A stretch of DNA of 40,069 nt from Oligoflexales bacterium (GTDB lineage: Bacteria; Bdellovibrionota_B; Oligoflexia; Oligoflexales; RGVZ01), in contig JBIIGV010000013.1 in assembly GCA_044236265.1 (NCBI GenBank), positions 1 through 40,069 on the forward strand, in the 5' to 3' direction. Numbering within the stretch: the first letter of the stretch is position 1; each line of letters begins with the position of its first letter. Position numbers and translations under genes: made by a program. A model generated the notes under the pieces. The model worked only from the letters and a program-made list of their open reading frames with translations, was not told where the DNA came from and made no database searches. Below, in pieces: positions 28,812 to 38,039 of this stretch.

Positions 28812-29720
28812 ATGTTGGCACTATTTCCAGAGTTATCAGCATGCGCCAAAGCCAAAGATATCGAAAAACTTGCGATTCTGGTGCGAACGTATTTTGCCGG
28901 AGCCGACGCGACAAAGGCTCAGTTTGATGTGCTTTCGACCGTTCGACAATTTGGAATTCCGGTTGGGGTCGCTCCGATCAAATACTTTGGTGCTATTGCT
29001 GTGCGCGATGATGGTGGTGATATTCGGGCCAGTATACTGGTGCGAGAGAACCTTGAAGCTAAGCAGCAGCGTTTTATTTTAGCCCATATTTTGGGTCATT
29101 TTTTGTTACAGATCCAACCACGACTAGCGTCCAGTGACTGGCGAAGTTCCGGCTTCAAGGAGTTGATTGACCCCAGCCGCCGCTATGCTGTTGCTGAGGG
29201 GCTAAGTCATTTGTCAGCCGCAGATTTCGCAGCAGAAGATATGGCGGATCGATTTGCTGGTGCCTTGCTTATGCCGTCAGCAATGGTCAAGCGCGCGATG
29301 GAAAAATTGGGTGATGTGGTGAGAGTGGCAGCTTTTTTTGCAGTTGATCTAGATGTTTTGGAGCGTCGATTAGAGGATATTGGGGTTGCTGATCATGCTG
29401 TCGCTGCGCAATCAAAGTTACGATCAGGTGCTAAAGTTGCGACGCCTATTGACGTTCTAAATGAACTCGCCCATAGTGAGGTTCCGCGCGATGTTCCGCC
29501 TGAGCAGCTGATTCGTGATGTCAGTCAGCCGATGGCAGCCATGCCGCGTGCGGTGGCAGCGCATTCATACAGCGATGCTGCACAATCTGATTTATCAACT
29601 GCAGAGGATGCGCCGACCCCCAAGCGGAAGCGAAAATCCGATCCGCGTGGATTGAAAGGCATGGATAGGATCCGAGAGCTGGCACGAAGAATGGACAAAT
29701 TTGGTGACAAGTCAAAGTGA
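28812..29720 (+). CDS. ImmA/IrrE (peptidase M78) family protein with degenerate HExxH
   Basis: 'QRFILAHILGH' and 'AEDMADRFAGALLMP', C-terminal HTH-like VAAFFAVDLDVLERRL. RBS GGAGG. Confidence 0.8.
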   Translation: MLALFPELSACAKAKDIEKLAILVRTYFAGADATKAQFDVLSTVRQFGIPVGVAPIKYFGAIAVRDDGGDIRASILVRENLEAKQQRFILAHILGHFLLQIQPRLASSDWRSSGFKELIDPSRRYAVAEGLSHLSAADFAAEDMADRFAGALLMPSAMVKRAMEKLGDVVRVAAFFAVDLDVLERRLEDIGVADHAVAAQSKLRSGAKVATPIDVLNELAHSEVPRDVPPEQLIRDVSQPMAAMPRAVAAHSYSDAAQSDLSTAEDAPTPKRKRKSDPRGLKGMDRIRELARRMDKFGDKSK

Positions 29721-31683
29721 ACTAGATGATAGCCGGTTGTGGACGCCGTCGAAGACTCGCATCGATCAAAGTTTAATGCAGGCGTTCCTGCGCTATGTTG
29801 GTCACAATGTTGACCCAAAAGTGAGTGATTGGTCGTCTTTGTATTCGTGGTCAATAGACTCTTGCGCCGATTTCTGGCGAGAATTGTCATTTTTTGTTGA
29901 TATAAAATTCAGTACGCCTCCAAGCTCAATTTGTGCGCCCTCAGTGACCATGCGTGAAACCAAGTGGTTTGAGGGAGCGAGGCTTAATTTTGCGGAAAAT
30001 ATATTACCTAAGCCCGATAGTCGCGAGGTTATGGTTGCCATTGCCGAGGGTGTTCCTGTGGAACGGTGGACTGGGCTTAGGCTCTGGAACGATGTGGCTC
30101 AGTGCGCCGCAGCATTGCGGCTTCTTGGAGTGGGTGAAAACGATCGTGTGGCAGGTGTGCTGATTAATGGTCCCGAGGCGGTCATATGTATGCTTGCGAC
30201 AGCATCCGTGGGTGCTATTTGGTCATCATGCAGTCCTGATTTTGGTGCGAGAGGTATTGCAGATCGTCTGCAGCAGATTGAGCCAAAGGTTGTATTTGCA
30301 ACTGACAGTTATTCCTACGGCGGAAAGATTGTCAAAAATCTACAGCAGACGATTGATGCTCTGAAAGGCTTGGCTGACGCTCCTCGCGTGATTGCTGTTG
30401 ATCATTTCAATAGAGGTCATGATGACTTTGCAGCGTTTCTCGGCTCATCCAAGTTACTGCGGAACGCAGAACAACCACAGAAGATAGACTTCGTGCCCCG
30501 GAGATTTCAGGATCCGCAGTATATTTTATTTAGTAGCGGTACCACGGGTCTGCCGAAATGTATTGTCCATGGCGTAGGCGGTACGCTTCTACAGCACAAA
30601 AAAGAGCTGATGCTTCACAGTGACCTTAAACCTAATGACACACTTCTTTATTTCACAACGTGCGGATGGATGATGTGGAACTGGATGGTGTCTGCACTCG
30701 CGTGCGGTGCGCGGATTGTTGTGTTTGATGGAGCACCGGGATTTCCCGATGTATCACGTCTGTGGACCATTTGCCGTGACGAGCGCGTCACTCATTTTGG
30801 AACGAGTCCAAAATTTATTTCAGCGTGTATGCAGGTAAAGGATTTAACTCCGGGAGATTCGCAGGGGATCCCCGGATTGAGGACGGTTTTGTCGACTGGA
30901 TCTCCCTTGCTGCCGGCTCACTTTGAGTGGATTTATAAAAAGTTTCCCGACGTTCACTTGGCATCCATTAGCGGAGGTACGGATATCATCAGCTGTTTTA
31001 TGCTGGGCAATCCGCTCTTACCAGTCTACGCAGGCGAAATTCAAGCACCTGGGCTTGGTATGGCCATTGAGGGTTGGAACGACCACGCGGTTCCTGTCGT
31101 TGGCGAAAAAGCTGAGCTTGTCTGTGTCAAACCATTCGTGTCGATGCCGGTCTACTTTTGGAAAGATCTTGACGGAACCCGTTACAAAAAAGCGTATTTT
31201 TCTGCTTACGGGAGCCGCGATGTTTGGCGCCATGGTGACTTTGTTGAGTTTACAAAGCACGGCGGTGTCGTCGTTTATGGGCGATCTGACGCCACCTTGA
31301 ATCCAGGCGGTGTGCGCATTGGGACGGCTGAATTATATCGCGCCGTTGAAACGTTACCTTTTGTTACGGACTCTGTGGCAATTGGACAGCAAGTTGACGA
31401 TGACACGCGGGTTGTTTTATTCGTGAAGCTGGCTGCGGGACACGCTTGGAATCCAGAACTCGCTACTGTTATCAAAAAAACTATCCGTGAGTCCTTAACG
31501 CCTCGGCATGTTCCTGCGGTTATTCTCCCTGTGTCGGACATTCCCTACACGCGCAGTGGAAAAAAGGTGGAAATAGCTGTTACGCAAGTGATTCACGGTG
31601 AGGATGTTCCAAATCAGGATGCCTTGGCTAACCCCGAATCGTTGCACGAATACCGCCAGCTGCGAGAGCACTTAAAAGTTTGA
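29704..31683 (+). CDS. Acetoacetate--CoA ligase
   Basis: WSSCSPDFG, FSSGTTGLPKCIVH, TTCGWMMWNW, SISGGTDI, GRSDATLNPGGVRIGTAE, SGKKVE. Confidence 0.93.
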   Translation: MTSQSELDDSRLWTPSKTRIDQSLMQAFLRYVGHNVDPKVSDWSSLYSWSIDSCADFWRELSFFVDIKFSTPPSSICAPSVTMRETKWFEGARLNFAENILPKPDSREVMVAIAEGVPVERWTGLRLWNDVAQCAAALRLLGVGENDRVAGVLINGPEAVICMLATASVGAIWSSCSPDFGARGIADRLQQIEPKVVFATDSYSYGGKIVKNLQQTIDALKGLADAPRVIAVDHFNRGHDDFAAFLGSSKLLRNAEQPQKIDFVPRRFQDPQYILFSSGTTGLPKCIVHGVGGTLLQHKKELMLHSDLKPNDTLLYFTTCGWMMWNWMVSALACGARIVVFDGAPGFPDVSRLWTICRDERVTHFGTSPKFISACMQVKDLTPGDSQGIPGLRTVLSTGSPLLPAHFEWIYKKFPDVHLASISGGTDIISCFMLGNPLLPVYAGEIQAPGLGMAIEGWNDHAVPVVGEKAELVCVKPFVSMPVYFWKDLDGTRYKKAYFSAYGSRDVWRHGDFVEFTKHGGVVVYGRSDATLNPGGVRIGTAELYRAVETLPFVTDSVAIGQQVDDDTRVVLFVKLAAGHAWNPELATVIKKTIRESLTPRHVPAVILPVSDIPYTRSGKKVEIAVTQVIHGEDVPNQDALANPESLHEYRQLREHLKV

Positions 31684-31867
31684 GTCACTCTGCATACGGA
31701 AACTTCTGAAATCAGTTGTCCTAGCACGGACGAGTGGGTTAGCGGATTCCTAAGAACTCAGTAAAATAGTCTTAATTTCAGTTGGTTATACTAATCTTCT
31801 TATGCTTTGGCTGATCCATTCCGTTACGTTGACTGTCGGATAAGCGATCCGCACCCTGGAGGAACCT

Positions 31868-32275
31868 ATGTCTAGTCAAATGCCAGAAGAAGCTCTTGGA
31901 GATGCTCCCGAGTCAGCCGTCACTCAAGCGCCGCCTCGCACGGCCGTTGAGTTGCGGGTCGGGATGAAGACATTCGGCACGCGTCATTATTTGAATATGG
32001 TGACAACAAACGTGTCAGCCAATGGCATGCTGCTGCGCGTGGATGATCCCAAAGAAGTGGCACCATTTCAAAATAAAACACTTTTGGAACTGGTTTTTTA
32101 TCCAGATGGTAAATATGTGGATCACGAGATTAAAGCGATGGGGGTCGTGGTGCGGTTTATCGCAACAAGCGGTAAGGACGCCCGCAAAGAACAATTTGGT
32201 GTTCGCGTTGTGGATGCTGCTGATGGTTATGAGGATTTGATTGGATCCATCATGAAAAGTCAGGAAGCCGCTTAG
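31868..32275 (+). CDS. PilZ-domain protein with degenerate RxxxR
   Basis: QAPPR, NVSANG, GVVVR, FGVRV. RBS GGAGG. Confidence 0.7.
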   Translation: MSSQMPEEALGDAPESAVTQAPPRTAVELRVGMKTFGTRHYLNMVTTNVSANGMLLRVDDPKEVAPFQNKTLLELVFYPDGKYVDHEIKAMGVVVRFIATSGKDARKEQFGVRVVDAADGYEDLIGSIMKSQEAA

Positions 32276-32276
32276 T

Positions 32277-33026
32277 TTAAATTTGATATTTATTAGGGTT
32301 GCCCCATGTCTCGTTTAGTCTCATGTCAAACGCATGCGACAGAGCGATGCGGCAATTTTTATCTTCATTCGGGCCATGCCAGGCCAATCGACCATTCTTC
32401 AATATAGTCATTGTGTCAGCAAAACAAAGCGCAAGATCAATATCGTGTAGGCTCATGATAATGGTTTTACCGGACTTCGCTGCCTGACGAAGCTGCTGCA
32501 TGAGTTCTACAGAAGCTTTTATATCCAGTGATCCGCAGGGTTCATCCAGGATCATGTAAGGAGTGTCGCTAGCGATCGACTTTGCAAGGTAGGTTTTTTT
32601 GCGCTCACCTAATGAAAGCGTTGTTACAGCGCGATGAAGTTTGTCAGTTAGCCCCATCGTTTCTGCAGCCTGGCGTACAACATCATTGTCAATTTGGGAT
32701 GGATGACCTTGGTGGTGAGGCCAGCGTCCCCAAAGAATAATATCTTTTACCGTATATGCAAACGGTGAGTGATGCTCCGACTCGGTCCAGCTAATTTTGC
32801 GGGCCAGCGCTAGTTCGTTTAGATCTCTGGCGGATTGGCCATCAATATCGATGGCACCCTCCACATGATGTTGAAGCTGACATAGGGCTTTAAGAAACGT
32901 TGTTTTACCGCTTCCGTTGGGGCCGACGATGATGTGACATTGTCCCTTGGAGAACTGCGCTGAGATATCTTGGATGAGGTACGTAGTTTTTCGATTGCTA
33001 ACGGAGAGATGTCTTGCGTCGATCAT
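32277..33026 (-). CDS. Iron-chelate/cobalamin ABC transporter ATP-binding protein (FecE/BtuD-like)
   Basis: GPNGSGKTT, GRWPH, LSLGE, ILDEP, LHDIDLA. ATG 33026 with ATGA overlap. Confidence 0.88.
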   Translation of the reverse strand: MIDARHLSVSNRKTTYLIQDISAQFSKGQCHIIVGPNGSGKTTFLKALCQLQHHVEGAIDIDGQSARDLNELALARKISWTESEHHSPFAYTVKDIILWGRWPHHQGHPSQIDNDVVRQAAETMGLTDKLHRAVTTLSLGERKKTYLAKSIASDTPYMILDEPCGSLDIKASVELMQQLRQAAKSGKTIIMSLHDIDLALCFADTMTILKNGRLAWHGPNEDKNCRIALSHAFDMRLNETWGNPNKYQI

Positions 33027-33979
33027 GCATTCTCCTTGCGCCACAAGAGCCAAAGAAAATACGGCGCTCCTATGATCGTCGTGAGAATGCCGACATCCAT
33101 GTCAATAGGAGCTCTTGCCACGCGTGCAATCATGTCAGCGAAGACCGTCAAGCTTGCTCCAAACAGTGCTGAAATGGGAATCAATAGACGTAAATGTGGA
33201 CCGACAACAAGACGCGCAAAATGGGGGGCGATCAGACCGATAAATGGTAAAGCCCCGCCGACGCTCAGTGATAAACCAACAAGTAGTGAAATTAAAATCA
33301 CTTGGGTGACACGTACTCGTTGTACGCGAATACCGATACTCTTGGCGCCATCGTCTCCCATGGAGAGAGCGTCGAGAGTTGGCGCTTGAAACCATGCAAT
33401 CAAACCGATCAAAACTGATCCTGAGCCGATCACCGCGGCATGGGACCAAGTACGGGCAGAGAAGCTTCCCATCAGCCAGTGGTAGAGCGACATTCCATTG
33501 CCTCGTTCCATCAATATCCCGACGCATAGAGCCGTCCCAGCTGCCAAAAGTGCATTCATGGCAAATCCACCCAAGAGCAGATGGCCTAGACCGCCGTAAC
33601 CATTTATGGAAAATCCCATGAATGTGATCGCAATCATCATCGCTGCGGCGGCGCCTATGGATGTATAAATATAAGGGTGTTGCAGTGTGGTTGTGTCATT
33701 AGTTGAAGCCGTCATCAGCGTGGCTAAGGCCAGAGCAAATGCAGCACCAGACTCAGTTCCAGTTATTGATGGTGAGGCCAATGCATTGCGGAAAAGTGAT
33801 TGGCTCAGAGCTCCAGCTACCGCAACGGCAGCGCCTGAAAATAGTGCGGTCACCACCCGGGGTAGACGCACCGTCCACAAAATGTCCGCGCCTGGATTGA
33901 ATCCTGAAGCCCCCCATAAGGCGGCAAGTGCTGTGACAAAAAGCAAAATGAATGTGGCTAAGAAAAAAACGCGTGACAT
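33023..33979 (-). CDS. Iron-chelate/cobalamin ABC transporter permease (FecCD/BtuC family)
   Basis: RLPRV, QSLFRNALASP, WLMGS, FIGLIAPH, GAPYFLWLL. Confidence 0.9.
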   Translation of the reverse strand: MSRVFFLATFILLFVTALAALWGASGFNPGADILWTVRLPRVVTALFSGAAVAVAGALSQSLFRNALASPSITGTESGAAFALALATLMTASTNDTTTLQHPYIYTSIGAAAAMMIAITFMGFSINGYGGLGHLLLGGFAMNALLAAGTALCVGILMERGNGMSLYHWLMGSFSARTWSHAAVIGSGSVLIGLIAWFQAPTLDALSMGDDGAKSIGIRVQRVRVTQVILISLLVGLSLSVGGALPFIGLIAPHFARLVVGPHLRLLIPISALFGASLTVFADMIARVARAPIDMDVGILTTIIGAPYFLWLLWRKENA

Positions 33980-34076
33980 TTCCCGACCATAGCATTTTTT
34001 ACGCAGCAGCGGCCACTGGAAATCAAAGACGGGTTAAAGCTTGCATTCGTGCCTCTTCCGACGCAAATTGTTGCCT

Positions 34077-34784
34077 ATGGAAACCAAAGACATTCAGCAT
34101 GAGCGTCCCGTCAAACTTCACGTAAGCTGGCTAAAGAGGCTTCAAGGTGAGTTTGACGCACCCTACATGAAGAGTTTACGGGTATTTCTTCAGGCTCGAA
34201 CTCAGGAAAAGGCCGTTATCTATCCTCAGCCATCCGAATGGTTTTCTGCGTTCGACTCTGTGAATTTTGATGACGTCTCGGTTGTGATTTTGGGACAAGA
34301 TCCCTACCACGGTCCCGGTCAAGCTCATGGACTTTGCTTTAGCGTGCGTGAGGGCGTGTCGCTACCGCCAAGTTTAGTGAATATCTATAAAGAGCTTAAG
34401 GCCGACCTTGGTATCCCTCCAGCAAAAACAGGCCACTTGCTACCGTGGGCCAAACAGGGTGTTCTGCTGCTCAATAGTGTTCTTACAGTGGAAGACGGCG
34501 CTGCTGGGTCTCATCAGGGGAAGGGCTGGGAGCTTTTTACGGATGTTGTCATTCACAAGTTGGCCGAGGAACGGGATGGTCTTGTTTTCGTGCTTTGGGG
34601 TGCTTACGCGCAAAAGAAAGGCGCTTTCATAGATCGAAAGCGCCATTTCGTGATTGAAGCTCCGCATCCATCGCCGCTCAGTGCACATCGCGGTTTTTTT
34701 GGAAGCCGACCATTTTCAAAAATAAATGATTATTTACGCAAATCCGGGAAGCGGCCGATCGATTGGCAGCTTCCCAGTCCATGA
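34077..34784 (+). CDS. ung: Uracil-DNA glycosylase (family 1)
   Basis: GQDPYH, HGLCFSV, PPSL, GVLLLN, HPSPLS. Confidence 0.97.
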   Translation: METKDIQHERPVKLHVSWLKRLQGEFDAPYMKSLRVFLQARTQEKAVIYPQPSEWFSAFDSVNFDDVSVVILGQDPYHGPGQAHGLCFSVREGVSLPPSLVNIYKELKADLGIPPAKTGHLLPWAKQGVLLLNSVLTVEDGAAGSHQGKGWELFTDVVIHKLAEERDGLVFVLWGAYAQKKGAFIDRKRHFVIEAPHPSPLSAHRGFFGSRPFSKINDYLRKSGKRPIDWQLPSP

Positions 34785-34785
34785 A

Positions 34786-35265
34786 TCAGGAGCCAGACTC
34801 TTCGAGTTGCTGCGCAAGGTAGTTTTGAAGTCCAATATCCTTGATCGTGCTAAGTTGAGTCTCAAGCCAATCGGTGTGTTCCTCTTCGCTTACAAGAATC
34901 TTCTCGAGTAGGTCGCGCGTTCCATGATCACTGGCATCCCAACAAAGCTCGATCGCCTTCTTGAGGCGTGGGATCGCTCTGTATTCAAGTGCAAGATCAC
35001 TTTCTAGTTGCTCTTTTACAGTCTCGCCAATGTTTAACTTATCGAGTTTCTGCAAGTTTGGTAGGCCTTCAAGAAACAGGATGCGCTCTGTCAAAACGTC
35101 AGCGTGTTTCATCTCGTCGATCGATTCTTTGTAAATCTTGTGACCTAATTTCTTGTAGCCCCAGTTCTTGCACATCTTGGCGTGGAGAAAGTATTGGTTG
35201 ATGGCGGTCAACTCGCCGGTAAGAATGTCATTCAACGCTGCAATAACTTTCGCATCACCCTTCAT
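34786..35265 (-). CDS. bfr: Bacterioferritin
   Basis: [25 protein letters not shown] (heme Met), [21 protein letters not shown]. Confidence 0.97.
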   Translation of the reverse strand: MKGDAKVIAALNDILTGELTAINQYFLHAKMCKNWGYKKLGHKIYKESIDEMKHADVLTERILFLEGLPNLQKLDKLNIGETVKEQLESDLALEYRAIPRLKKAIELCWDASDHGTRDLLEKILVSEEEHTDWLETQLSTIKDIGLQNYLAQQLEESGS

Positions 35266-35368
35266 AAGGTTCGCTCCTTTAAAATGAGAACTACGCAATA
35301 CCCGGAGTGATGCTAACAGACTCGGGCACTAAATGAATCTTAAATTTCATGGTCACCCGTAGTATTGA

Positions 35369-37024
35369 CTAAAAATTATGCGTGCGTTGCACGGGGACAA
35401 GTGTTACCCCGCGGGTCCCCAATTCCTTTAAAATGTCACCCGGGACGTCGTCGGCGCTATACCGAAACCATCTTAGACGAGGTAATGTCAAAATGAACTC
35501 CCAGTCCTTGATTTCGGGATTAGCTGCAGCACTTACGGCCTCCAGGTTTTCTAGACCCTTCAGGGCTTCGATGGAGCGAAGTCGCCGATCATCTAAATTG
35601 ATCTGACGCTTAAGAGCAAGGTCGCGACTTTTCCGGGCGAAGTCGCCGGCGGCCAACAGATCGCGTAAGGTTAGAATGAGTGTTCGGCGATCAGATCCAG
35701 CGGCAGCGCCGAGCTCCGCGATTTTTCGGTAATGAGTTTCGTCGATATTTTTGAGTTGAGTTTTTGCGCCAAATACCTGCATTTTCTTTGCAAGTCGCGA
35801 AAGGCTTTGGATGCTTGAAATGGCATTATTGCGCACATCAAGAATGTTCAAATGATCCAGTTGTTCTACACCCCGCATCGACCGTAATACGTTATCTGTG
35901 GCAATGAGTGACGTGAGCTGCTTGGCGTGCCGCAGCCAAGCAAGTTGATGGAGGTTTCGGTGTGACAGATCTAACGTCGTTGCGTTTTCTAAAAACTCTT
36001 TCAGCTTCATGCACTGATCTTTTGATATGTCAGCAGGGATATTTGCCACATCGAAAAGTTGCATCAGATCGTGGCGCGAGGCCTCTGTAAGATGGGGGCT
36101 TTGGCAGGCGTCAAGAAAGCTATTGTCCATCACAATGGTGTCATCATCAGTGGTAGCTGCTTGGGCTGTTTCACGAACGCAGAAGTCCGCTAGCACTGGA
36201 TCATTGATCCTGTATTTCGCGGTCGAGCGCAGCCAGCAGAGGGACTCAGTGGCAAGGCCATAAGCTCCTGCCTCATAGTTGCTGGCACATGGCATTGGGC
36301 CTCGCGATGTGACGCCTAATAGAATCAGTTTTCTTCCAGAATCTTTTTCCAATGCAACTTCAGCAAATGCCGGACCACCGCTATCACCTGAGCATGCGTC
36401 GACATCTTGATTGCCAGCATAGAGCTCAGCGCCTGTTCTAAATTTGATGGGTGTTTTTCCCTGTAACCGCATGCCGATTTTGGGTTCTTCGCCGTTGGTA
36501 GGTAAGGACAAAGATGAAAACCCGTAACCTGCGATGATGACAGATTTGATTGCATTTAATAGCGAGTTTGCGTGGGTGCGAGTCTGCGGTAGCTGAATGG
36601 GACTGATTCCTGGCACGGGTCGAGTTAGTTTAATCCAGCCAAAATCATAAGCGCCTCTGTAGTCAGACCAAAACTTAGGATGAATCGCCGCGCGTTCAAT
36701 GTCGTAAGTATTTTCAGTGGTCCGAGGTGTTGTTGTGGCGCCGGTAACAATTTTCAATGACGCTAAGGTCGTCGATTGCGGTCGGGTTGCCTTTTCCAGG
36801 CAGTGGGCTGCAGTCAAAACAAGGTCATCAGCAATTAAGGTCCCGGTGCAAATCGTTAGCTCATCACGAACAATGGCAACGACGGCATCCAATTGGCGAT
36901 CATTGGAAGGGGAGCCTCCAATAATTTTTAAAGTCGATGGATCGGTTAAGCGAGCTTGGCCGCAGCCGCACAAAAAGAAGACTATATTTAAGGTGATTTT
37001 AATGATCTGAGGGTGCCTACGCAT
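35369..37024 (-). CDS. Trypsin-like (S1) serine protease lipoprotein with C-terminal leucine-rich repeats
   Basis: Lipobox-like FLCGC, IIGG, LTAAHC, YDFG, GDSGGP, and LRRs such as LDLSHRNL and LDVRNNAISSI. Confidence 0.88.
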   Translation of the reverse strand: MRRHPQIIKITLNIVFFLCGCGQARLTDPSTLKIIGGSPSNDRQLDAVVAIVRDELTICTGTLIADDLVLTAAHCLEKATRPQSTTLASLKIVTGATTTPRTTENTYDIERAAIHPKFWSDYRGAYDFGWIKLTRPVPGISPIQLPQTRTHANSLLNAIKSVIIAGYGFSSLSLPTNGEEPKIGMRLQGKTPIKFRTGAELYAGNQDVDACSGDSGGPAFAEVALEKDSGRKLILLGVTSRGPMPCASNYEAGAYGLATESLCWLRSTAKYRINDPVLADFCVRETAQAATTDDDTIVMDNSFLDACQSPHLTEASRHDLMQLFDVANIPADISKDQCMKLKEFLENATTLDLSHRNLHQLAWLRHAKQLTSLIATDNVLRSMRGVEQLDHLNILDVRNNAISSIQSLSRLAKKMQVFGAKTQLKNIDETHYRKIAELGAAAGSDRRTLILTLRDLLAAGDFARKSRDLALKRQINLDDRRLRSIEALKGLENLEAVSAAANPEIKDWEFILTLPRLRWFRYSADDVPGDILKELGTRGVTLVPVQRTHNF

Positions 37025-37050
37025 TAGGCAGGATTAACAGAACTATTACA

Positions 37051-37251
37051 TCAGCTGCAAGGATTAATCCGGTGAGCTGATAATGATGGTTTGGCGGACT
37101 CTTTCTTGACGAGATCCCGGAGGTCGTTGGCGCATGCGCCGCAGCAGGTACTGGCTTCGCAGGACTGAACGATTTGCTTTAGCGTCTGCCCGGATTGGGC
37201 CATTTCCTTGACCTTGCGGTCTGAGACACCTTTACAGAGGCACAGAATCAT
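37051..37251 (-). CDS. bfd: Bacterioferritin-associated [2Fe-2S] ferredoxin
   Basis: MILCLCKGVSD...STCCGAC (CxC...CxxC). Start ATG 37251 after GGGAG. Confidence 0.9.
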   Translation of the reverse strand: MILCLCKGVSDRKVKEMAQSGQTLKQIVQSCEASTCCGACANDLRDLVKKESAKPSLSAHRINPCS

Positions 37252-37307
37252 GGGTTGAGCTCCCGATTTGGTATTCAACAAGCGATCGTGTGCTCCAAAT
37301 ATGTCAA

Positions 37308-37328
37308 AAATGAGAGTCATTCTCAATT
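37308..37328. promoter_or_regulatory. Fur-box-like operator upstream of bfd
   Basis: AAA-TGAGAGT-C-ATTCTCA-ATT, a 7-1-7 dyad resembling TGATAAT-n-ATTATCA, about 60 bp upstream of bfd. Confidence 0.65.
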
Positions 37329-37421
37329 AAATTTTTCAGAGTTTTGCACAAGTTTAATTGAGCAGTCTAAGAGCTTGAAATTATTTGATTTTATAGGATT
37401 CGGCCCTATTCGCTGAACACG

Positions 37422-37814
37422 TCAGAGCGCGTTCTCGACCTCTTCGGGGCTGCAGTAGGGAAGGCGACACCCGGTAGGAATCCGTCGATTGACCATCTCG
37501 GAAATAGTTGCTGGAGAGTGACCTTCGCTAAACAGACCTTTCGCAACTCGCGAAAAAAGGGCTTCAACTTCTGCGCTCAGATCCTGGTATGAATTGGTAT
37601 CCATGCGAGACGCCATTTTTGCGAGGTCTTCAAGCTGAGCTGTCGTCCACTTGGTTTCACCGCCAACCTCCATCGGGTTTTTGATGGTTCCAGATTCAAC
37701 CTCAAGAAGCATTATTTTCTGAATCATATCGGACGCCCAATCGGGGCATGCGTCCTGCGGAGTCGCAGTTAAGGATGACTGGGTGTCCATGTTGGTCTCA
37801 AATGTTGTTTCCAC
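37422..37814 (-). CDS. Hypothetical protein
   Basis: 130-aa acidic helical ORF filling the gap between bfd and GST. Start uncertain. Confidence 0.55.
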   Translation of the reverse strand: METTFETNMDTQSSLTATPQDACPDWASDMIQKIMLLEVESGTIKNPMEVGGETKWTTAQLEDLAKMASRMDTNSYQDLSAEVEALFSRVAKGLFSEGHSPATISEMVNRRIPTGCRLPYCSPEEVENAL

Positions 37815-38039
37815 GGAGATACCGCCTTGATCGTTTGTTTCATGAAATCAATAGAATGCACCGGGGTTTCTACCATTTTTATAGCGTTGCGCAAGCTTTT
37901 ATCACCATGGGCTTCACACCCCCGAGATCGCAGCGAAAAATCAGACTTTGTAACAGTGAAATTCGGTTTACCAGGGACCTGGCGGGTCTTAAACTCACGG
38001 GTGGTGCTACTTGGCCCCCAATGACAAAGGTAACCTGGC

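Noticed and set aside
31815..31843. sigma28-like promoter for the third PilZ gene (TCCA-N16-GTCGGATAA)
   Set aside because: Both boxes deviate from the other six instances.
33980..34076. Cobalamin riboswitch upstream of the BtuC-like permease
   Set aside because: The intergenic space is under 100 bp and no B12-box is visible.
35281..35299. Second Fur box upstream of bfr (AAAATGAGAAC..)
   Set aside because: Only a half-site; the other arm does not match.
37815..38039. Possible ncRNA or small ORFs between the hypothetical gene and GST
   Set aside because: No recognisable RNA family or strong stem. The overlapping 65-111 aa ORFs lack an RBS or motifs; likely a divergent promoter region.
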